A stretch of 64,000 nucleotides of DNA from Terriglobia bacterium (lineage in GTDB: Bacteria > Acidobacteriota > Terriglobia > 20CM-2-55-15). The notes beneath the pieces were generated by a model that worked only from the letters and a program-made list of their open reading frames with translations, ran no database searches and had not been told where the DNA came from. The position numbers and the translations under genes are program-made. Location of the stretch: positions 332,747-396,746 of the forward strand of contig OZ253554.1 in assembly GCA_965262675.1 (NCBI GenBank). Direction: 5' to 3'. Shown here piece by piece: positions 57,778 through 64,000 of the stretch (the first letter of the stretch is position 1; the number at the start of each line of letters is the position of its first letter).

Positions 57778-58003
57778 CGGCAAGCCGCACGGCTCCGGTG
57801 CGGCAGGCCGCACGGCTCGTGTACCGGCTAGCTGCGGGGCGGCGTCCAACAGCCCCAACCATCGGCCGGACGCAACGCAGGAACGTGTCTTGGGCGCGAT
57901 TCTCACCAATCGTGCGAAACGGCTATAATGGACCCTCGCCGCAGGGGGTGTCGCAACGACGCCTCACGCGAGCGGAACGCGGAAGGGGTCTTCTGCAGGA
58001 GGA

Positions 58004-58600
58004 TTGGGTTTTATGGTTGTACTTCCGCGAAGCGAGATCAAGCGGACCCGGGTTGCCGGAGTATTGACTTGTATTCTTGCCGTCTTTGTCGTCGCCAACA
58101 TTCTGTCCCGGTTCGGCGGCGCCACCGAAATCGTCCGCATCGGCATGTTTCTGCTGGCGCTCGTCGCGATATCGGCCCTCGTTCTGTCCGTGCTGCAGAT
58201 TTTGGCTTACCGCAAGAACAGCCAAGCCATAATCTTCCACGAAGGCGACCGTTTCATCATCGCCACCAACTTCCTTCATGAAGGCTACAAGCTTCGTTTC
58301 TTCCGCGACGTCTTGAACGAAAAGGTTACAAGCTTCACCGATTCGGAACGCGACCAATGGAGCGTGCTGGAACGAGTCGGATTCCACGCCGTCTTCAATG
58401 TGGGCGGCGTTCGGAAAACGGTACTCCTGCCTCTCTGTTTCATGGTGTTCGACGAGGTTTTCGTCGCCGACCATTTGCGGCGATGGGACTACTTCAATTC
58501 CATGAACACGTCGGAACCAACGTTTTCGGACCGCGGAATCGGCCCGTTCGATCTCGACACGGTCATTCCTCAGAGCCAGTCCGGCCCATCGTCATCCTGA
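58004..58600 (+). CDS. Hypothetical membrane protein
   Basis: 198 aa, two N-terminal TM helices, no recognised domain. Confidence 0.45.
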   Translation: MGFMVVLPRSEIKRTRVAGVLTCILAVFVVANILSRFGGATEIVRIGMFLLALVAISALVLSVLQILAYRKNSQAIIFHEGDRFIIATNFLHEGYKLRFFRDVLNEKVTSFTDSERDQWSVLERVGFHAVFNVGGVRKTVLLPLCFMVFDEVFVADHLRRWDYFNSMNTSEPTFSDRGIGPFDLDTVIPQSQSGPSSS

Positions 58601-59052
58601 GTCTTCAGCCCCGACCAGACACGCTCCAGCAACGCACCAACAACTCCACCCACCCAGTACCACTGAAACGTTCCGATCGAGAGTACGACGCCGGCGGTCA
58701 GGGTCGCCATTGGAACCGATCCGACGCCTGCGGCATCCAGGATGGCCAGCAAGCCCAGCAACGCCACGGCGGAAAGCGTGTCGAACAGAAAGAGAACCTG
58801 CCAGAACTCATTGCTGTTCATAATGAATACGTCCAGCGAAACGGCGCCGAAAAGCCGATCCGTCGACCGGTAATCGATCCAGGTCAGCACGAAGGCGCCG
58901 GCGGTAAACAGGACGTGAGCGCATGCCGAGGACCAACCGACCCGCCGCCAGAAGACGCGATCCCGCATCCCGAAGAGGTCGAACCAGAGGAGCAGGTGGT
59001 AGAGACCGAATATCAGCAGCGGAGGCAGAATCAGGGTTGGCAGGTATCGCAT
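58570..59052 (-). CDS. Hypothetical polytopic membrane protein
   Basis: 160 aa, four hydrophobic segments, convergent with and overlapping the previous ORF. Confidence 0.45.
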   Translation of the reverse strand: MRYLPTLILPPLLIFGLYHLLLWFDLFGMRDRVFWRRVGWSSACAHVLFTAGAFVLTWIDYRSTDRLFGAVSLDVFIMNSNEFWQVLFLFDTLSAVALLGLLAILDAAGVGSVPMATLTAGVVLSIGTFQWYWVGGVVGALLERVWSGLKTQDDDGPDWL

Positions 59053-59111
59053 GAATGGGAGGAGGTTAACCGAATTGCCCCTTGTCCGCTAGTGTAGGTA
59101 GTATAGGGGCG

Positions 59112-60173
59112 ATGCGCAGAAACGTCGTAACGGCTGCTCTTTTCTGTTTGTGGATCGTTGTCCCATCGTTCGCCCACGAATTCTCGACCAGCTACTCGGA
59201 AATCCACGTCGTTGGATCCGATGTCGATATCGGGTTTACGATCGATGTCGCCGAACTGCACAACGGCCCCCTGATCGATACCGATCTTGACGGCGAGGCC
59301 ACGGCGGCGGAACTGGACGCATCCATCGAAGTGTTCACATCCGCGATAACCGAGAACTACCGGGTATCGCTACCGGACGCCGATCCCGCCGCGGCGGAGC
59401 GAACCGGCTACGAGTTCGTCTCCCCCAACATCGTCCGCCTCGCACTGAGCTATCGATTCGGCCGGGAAGCCACCGATCTCAACGTTTTCTCGTCACTCGA
59501 TCGGATCACGCAGGACAATCATCGGCACGTGTTGCAAATTGGCGAAGGCAACCAGATACGCTACACCGTCCTCAGCCGCGACAATCCCGAGGTCGACATC
59601 GACTACACGATGGGCATTCCCGTCTGGGTCACGCTATATGAATTCGCGGTTCTGGGGATCGAACATATTTTCACGGGTTACGACCATCTGGCATTCCTGG
59701 TGGCACTGCTGCTGGCGACCTCAACGCTTCGGTCGCTGGTAAAGATCGTCACGGCCTTCACCGTCGGTCACAGCGTGACGTTGGCCCTGGCAACGCTGGG
59801 TGTGGTCGCCGTTCCCTCACGTCTCATCGAAAGCCTCATCGCGTTGAGCATCGCCTACGTCGCGATAGAGAATTTCCTCGGACGCCAGTTGGTGCACCGC
59901 TGGTTGGTTACCTTCCTGTTCGGGCTGATCCACGGTTTCGGATTTTCGAACGTCCTGCGGGAGTTCGGTCTCACGTCGGGACGCCTGGCCGTGTCGCTGT
60001 TTTCGTTCAACGCCGGCGTCGAACTGGGCCAGATCGCCTTCGTGGCGCTGGTTTTCCCGCTGCTCTGGTATCTGGGTCGATCCAGGTGGAAGGAGCACGT
60101 CGTTTCCGGAGCGTCGATCGTGGTCATGTGCCTGGGGTTCTACTGGCTGGTGCAACGGGCGATATTCGGTTAG
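59112..60173 (+). CDS. HupE/UreJ-family membrane protein with an N-terminal periplasmic domain
   Basis: Signal peptide MRRNVVTAALFCLWIVVPSFAHE. C-terminal GYDHLAFLVALLL, GHSVTLAL and HGFGFS motifs. Confidence 0.7.
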   Translation: MRRNVVTAALFCLWIVVPSFAHEFSTSYSEIHVVGSDVDIGFTIDVAELHNGPLIDTDLDGEATAAELDASIEVFTSAITENYRVSLPDADPAAAERTGYEFVSPNIVRLALSYRFGREATDLNVFSSLDRITQDNHRHVLQIGEGNQIRYTVLSRDNPEVDIDYTMGIPVWVTLYEFAVLGIEHIFTGYDHLAFLVALLLATSTLRSLVKIVTAFTVGHSVTLALATLGVVAVPSRLIESLIALSIAYVAIENFLGRQLVHRWLVTFLFGLIHGFGFSNVLREFGLTSGRLAVSLFSFNAGVELGQIAFVALVFPLLWYLGRSRWKEHVVSGASIVVMCLGFYWLVQRAIFG

Positions 60174-60235
60174 CAACCCGTGGCAGAACCCTGCCAATTT
60201 TTATCCTGAAACCTCTTTTCTCTCCAGATGACCTC

Positions 60236-61342
60236 ATGAAGAAACAGGCAATTTTCATATTGTTGATGACACTGGCTCTGTCTGCCCCGGCAAGGGCGGA
60301 CGAACTCGTCTTGAGCAACGGCGACCGTGTTTCAGGCGCAATCGTCGGGCTCGAAAACAATGAACTGAGCATCGAGTCTCCCTTTCTGGGAACTGTAACC
60401 GCCGATTGGGAAGCGATCCGGCGGATTCAGTCCGAGGCGTCCTTGTACCTGGAATTCTCCGACGATCGACTCGTCGTCGGCGCCGTCGTCATCGATGACG
60501 CCAATGTCACCGTCCGGACCGCAAACGCCGGAATCGTCGAAATGCCGCGCTCGGCGATCATCGCGATCCGTTCCCAATCCCGCCAGGACGCCCTCCAGGC
60601 AGAACTCGACCGCTCACTCAACCCGGGGCCGGCGGATCTCTGGTCCGCCAGCATCGATGGCGCTCTGAGCCTGGCCACGGGGAACGCGGAGACTCGAAAC
60701 GTCAATCTGGGACTGCTGACCGCGCGGACGGCGCCGCGCAACCGGACAAGTTTCTATCTGACCTCCCTGTTTTCGAGCAATTCGACGCGCGGGCAGACCT
60801 TGACAACGGCGAACGCCGTCCGTGGAGGCGGTCGTTATGAAATGGACATGAGCGACCGGATCTTCACGTTCGGATTCTCCGATCTGGAGTTCGACCGTTT
60901 CCAGGACCTGAACCTTCGGCTTGTCCTGGGAGGAGGCGTAGGTCTCACTCTGGTCGACAATGCCCGCGGCGCCCTTCAGATTTTCGGGGGCGGATCATCC
61001 AATCAGGAATTCTTCACGTCCGGCGTTCGCCGAAAATCCGGGGAAGCGGTTATGGGGGAGGAATGGACCTATCGCCTCAACAACCTGACATCGTTCACCG
61101 AGCGGCTCGCGGCGTATTCCAACCTGAGTAACCGCGGCCAGTACCGAGTGAACTTCGACTCCACGGCAACCACCCGCCTGAACAGCTGGTTGAGCTGGCA
61201 GGTCACGTTGAGCGACCGCTTCCTCAGCAATCCGCAACCCGGCAGAAAGCGGAACGATCTACTGTTCACAACGGGCATTCGCATTACGCTTGGCGAAGGA
61301 AACGTGGGGCCGGTGGGGCCAGGCGATATCGACTTTCAGTAG
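60236..61342 (+). CDS. DUF481 (YdiY-like) outer-membrane beta-barrel protein
   Basis: Signal peptide MKKQAIFILLMTLALSAPARA. N-terminal LSNGDRVSG motif and alternating beta-strand pattern. The C-terminus ends in a G-rich tail rather than the classic Phe. Confidence 0.65.
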   Translation: MKKQAIFILLMTLALSAPARADELVLSNGDRVSGAIVGLENNELSIESPFLGTVTADWEAIRRIQSEASLYLEFSDDRLVVGAVVIDDANVTVRTANAGIVEMPRSAIIAIRSQSRQDALQAELDRSLNPGPADLWSASIDGALSLATGNAETRNVNLGLLTARTAPRNRTSFYLTSLFSSNSTRGQTLTTANAVRGGGRYEMDMSDRIFTFGFSDLEFDRFQDLNLRLVLGGGVGLTLVDNARGALQIFGGGSSNQEFFTSGVRRKSGEAVMGEEWTYRLNNLTSFTERLAAYSNLSNRGQYRVNFDSTATTRLNSWLSWQVTLSDRFLSNPQPGRKRNDLLFTTGIRITLGEGNVGPVGPGDIDFQ

Positions 61343-61382
61343 CAACCCGGGCCCGGGACTTCGTCTCTTGAGGCTCCCCGCC

Positions 61383-63182
61383 TTACTTCCTGCGATCATT
61401 CGGATCGAGATACCGTTTTCGGAGGCAGAAACTGTTCGGTGTGACTTCGATGAGTTCGTCGTGACGAACGAATTCGATGGCTTCTTCGAGGGACATTCTT
61501 CGAGGCGGTACAAGCTTTTCAAAGTTGTCGGCCGTCGACGAACGCATGTTGGTGAGTTTCTTTTCCTTGGTTATGTTGACGTCCAGATCGGCGTCGCGGC
61601 TGTTTTCGCCGACGATCATTCCGCCGTAGACCTCTTCGGTGGGCCCCACGAACAACTCGCCCCGTTCCTGAAGGTTCAGGATCGCGTAGCCGGTGACGCG
61701 GCCCGCCCGGTCCGCGACCAGCGCTCCGGTGGTCCGATGGACAATGTTCCCGGCCCAGGGACGGTATCCCAGAAAGATGTGAGTCAGGATCCCCGTGCCC
61801 TTGGTGTCGGTCAGAAACTCGGTTCGGTAACCGATGAGACCGCGGCTGGGAATCTCGAATTCGAGGCGAACCCGCCCCGAGCCATGATTGACCATCTTCA
61901 CCATCGCGCCCTTGCGGGTTCCCAGCTTCTGAACGACCGTTCCCATGTATTCTTCGGCCACGTCAATCAGGGCCGTCTCGAAGGGTTCGTGTTTCTGCCC
62001 CTGCACGGTCCGTGTCAGGACCTGCGGCATACCCACGGCCAGTTCATGGCTTTCACGGCGCATCTGCTCGATCAGAATCGCCATCTGCAATTCCCCTCGG
62101 CCGTAAACGACGAAACTATCCGGAGTATCCGTCGCCTCGACACGCATTGAGAGGTTGGTCGCCGCCTCTTTTTCGAGGCGGTCCCGCAAGTGCCGCGAGG
62201 TGACGTATTGCCCCACCTTGCCGCTGAACGGCGAGTCGTTGATTCGAAATTCCATCGACATGGTGGGTTCGTCGATCGAGATCGGCTTGAGCGGATGAGG
62301 CGTCTCACCGTCGGCAATGGTTTCTCCCAGGCCGATGCCTGTCATTCCGGCGATCGCGACGATATCTCCGGGGCCCGCCTCCACTACTTCAACGCGGTCG
62401 AGACCTTCGTAAACGAACAAGGCCGTAACACGGGCCGGTGTCTGAGGTTCGTCCCGGTGGCACAGCGTAACCGCCGTCTCGTTCCCGAGCGTCCCCTGGA
62501 TCACCCGGCCGATGGCCAACGGGCCTCGATAGGCATCGGGCTGCACGTTTGTGATCAGGACCTGAAGCGAATCTTCGGCCCCGCCCGACGGTGGCGGAAC
62601 GTGATCGAGAATCGTGTCGAATAGCAACCGAAAATCGCCCAGTGGCGCGTTGGGGTCCGAGCCGCACTTCCCTTCGCGCGCGATCGAGTAGATGACGGGG
62701 AACTCGACCTGCGCGTCGTTTGCGTCCAAATCGATAAAGAGATCGTAGATCTCGTCCAACACTTGTTCCGGGCGCGCATCCCGGCGGTCGATCTTGTTGA
62801 TGACGACGATCGCGGGCAATTCCAGTTCTAGCGCCTTGGCCAGCACGAAACGTGTTTGCGGCAGCGGCCCCTCGGCCGCATCCACCAGCAGCATTATCCC
62901 GTCCACCATCCGCAGGGTCCGCTCCACCTCGCCGCCGAAATCGGCATGGCCCGGAGTATCGACGATGTTGATCTTGACCTCGCCGAAGCGCACGGCGGTG
63001 TTCTTGGCCATGATCGTGATGCCCTTCTCGCGTTCAAGGTCCATGGAGTCCAGAACCCGCTCCCGAACTTCCTGGTTCACGCGGAAAGTGCCGCTTTGCC
63101 ATAGCATCGCATCCACCAGCGTGGTCTTGCCGTGGTCCACATGCGCCACGATGGCGATGTTTCTGAGGTTTTTGGCGATCAC
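61383..63182 (-). CDS. typA: Translational GTPase TypA/BipA
   Basis: 599 aa with a GTG start. [25 protein letters not shown] and NKID G-motifs. EF-G-like domains follow. Confidence 0.95.
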   Translation of the reverse strand: MIAKNLRNIAIVAHVDHGKTTLVDAMLWQSGTFRVNQEVRERVLDSMDLEREKGITIMAKNTAVRFGEVKINIVDTPGHADFGGEVERTLRMVDGIMLLVDAAEGPLPQTRFVLAKALELELPAIVVINKIDRRDARPEQVLDEIYDLFIDLDANDAQVEFPVIYSIAREGKCGSDPNAPLGDFRLLFDTILDHVPPPSGGAEDSLQVLITNVQPDAYRGPLAIGRVIQGTLGNETAVTLCHRDEPQTPARVTALFVYEGLDRVEVVEAGPGDIVAIAGMTGIGLGETIADGETPHPLKPISIDEPTMSMEFRINDSPFSGKVGQYVTSRHLRDRLEKEAATNLSMRVEATDTPDSFVVYGRGELQMAILIEQMRRESHELAVGMPQVLTRTVQGQKHEPFETALIDVAEEYMGTVVQKLGTRKGAMVKMVNHGSGRVRLEFEIPSRGLIGYRTEFLTDTKGTGILTHIFLGYRPWAGNIVHRTTGALVADRAGRVTGYAILNLQERGELFVGPTEEVYGGMIVGENSRDADLDVNITKEKKLTNMRSSTADNFEKLVPPRRMSLEEAIEFVRHDELIEVTPNSFCLRKRYLDPNDRRK

Positions 63183-63430
63183 TGTCTATTGGGTGGCCAC
63201 TTGGAAGAGGGGTGAAAAGAGGGGGTGTGCAAGGCTCGAACTCGTGACCTTTCGGGTGTTAATCCAATCTGGGCGTTTTTCGCCGGTTTTCGACTCTTAC
63301 TCGACTCATGAACAGGTCTGGGCGTCTCTCGCAGGTTAACAGCTTTTCGAATCAATCGTCTGACGCCCCATTCCGTACGTGACGACTATCGGTGGGTTTC
63401 CTGTGTCTTGGCTGCTCTTGTCACAAACAG

Positions 63431-63555
63431 TTCATGCGGTCAACTAACGTGCCAATTCATGCGGCCAAACCACGTGCTAATTCATGCGGCCAAACCACGT
63501 GCTAATTCATGCGGCCAAACCACGTGCTAATTCATGCGGCCAACTCATGTGCTGT
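63431..63555 (+). repeat. Five tandem copies of a 25-bp unit (ttcatgcggccaaaccacgtgctaa)
   Basis: The three central copies are identical (63456..63530) and the outer two are degenerate. Each has a cacgtg palindrome. Intergenic, ~250 bp upstream of typA. Confidence 0.9.
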
Positions 63556-63816
63556 CGACACACCCGGCAAAAATTTGTTGCCTCACTCGGCAATCTATAA
63601 TAGTTTGGTCCTACTGAAGCCAGATCAGGCTCCAAGCCGCCGCGTTTTCACCGTGACGGTAGCGGAGTTACATCGTTGATTGGCTGGTGATTGGATACGC
63701 TAACAGGGGCCGCACCGAAACACTCATCAATCATGCTGCCGCCGGATCAAGTACCCACGCATCCAACCAATCGTTTATCCGCGAATCATTTCATTGACTT
63801 CCAAAACGAGGAAAAG

Positions 63817-63842
63817 ACGCACGAAGTTTTCTGTGCGTTTTT
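63817..63842 (+). terminator. Candidate rho-independent terminator
   Basis: acgcacgaa-gtt-ttc(t)gtgcgt stem-loop followed by a T-run. No annotated plus-strand gene lies upstream. Confidence 0.5.
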
Positions 63843-64000
63843 CCCGCTAGCGGGGCCGATGTGCAGTCTGCCGTGGTTGAACTGAACGAATCGGCAACGG
63901 TACGCCGGGCGAATCGTCATCGGCTGGTCGCCACTTCGACCGTCCGAAGGAGATTCCAAGCACCTCTCGGGGGTGGTTTCGAAACAAGGAAGAAATCTGG

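Noticed and set aside
60184-60198. Sigma-54 promoter (TGGCAG-N5-TGCC), recurring in every family-B motif copy
   Set aside because: The GG-to-GC spacing is one nucleotide shorter than the canonical TGGCAC-N5-TTGC in all five copies. Two copies also point away from any gene. The motif is treated as a repeat, not a promoter.
63222-63275. tRNA gene or tRNA 3' fragment on the minus strand (GTTCGAGCC T-loop-like sequence, acceptor-like ACACCCC)
   Set aside because: Only a T-arm-like segment with 4/5 stem pairs is present. The anticodon stem pairs at 3/5, and there is no D-arm and no CCA. At best it is a decayed att-site remnant and cannot be supported as an RNA gene.
63400-63425. Degenerate copy of the tcttggc heptamer (tgtcttggctgctcttgtcac) near the 25-bp array, as a possible link to the LRR upstream tract
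   Set aside because: The resemblance covers only ~15 nt, which is too short to distinguish from chance.

Overview
High-GC bacterial chromosomal segment from a diderm organism, as shown by a pilMNOPQ secretin operon and a DUF481 outer-membrane protein. Core content: accB-accC-thiE; pilMNOPQ; pabAB-pabC; a histidine kinase + periplasmic binding protein + partner-switching module next to an ammonium transporter gene that is frameshifted as assembled; an ECF sigma / giant anti-sigma / double ABC-exporter cluster; a gluconate module (PQQ sugar dehydrogenase, gntK, gnd); mgtE; typA. The window carries much mobile and repetitive DNA whose boundaries can be read from the sequence. (1) An 8,778-bp insertion (47027..55804) is bounded by two identical 593-bp direct repeats and a 7-bp target duplication. 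It splits an MgtE-N/CBS gene in frame. Its cargo is a 1,191-aa eukaryote-like LRR/FN3 secreted protein preceded by a 12-copy heptanucleotide tract, plus an IS21 fragment, a RepA-like fragment and unknown ORFs. This is the most interesting locus. (2) A 2,081-bp ISAs1-type IS has 17-bp TIRs and a 10-bp TSD, and its transposase is fused to a DUF4338 (DruA-like) N-domain. (3) A ~175-210-bp MITE family is present in three copies, with another 275-bp TIR element and a short REP-like motif in five places. (4) Three tandem repeat arrays: 146 bp x2, 7 bp x12, 25 bp x5. Two genes (amt, mscS-like) look frameshifted. No rRNA, intact tRNA or CRISPR array was seen. All functional calls come from reading the ORF translations, since no database search was possible.
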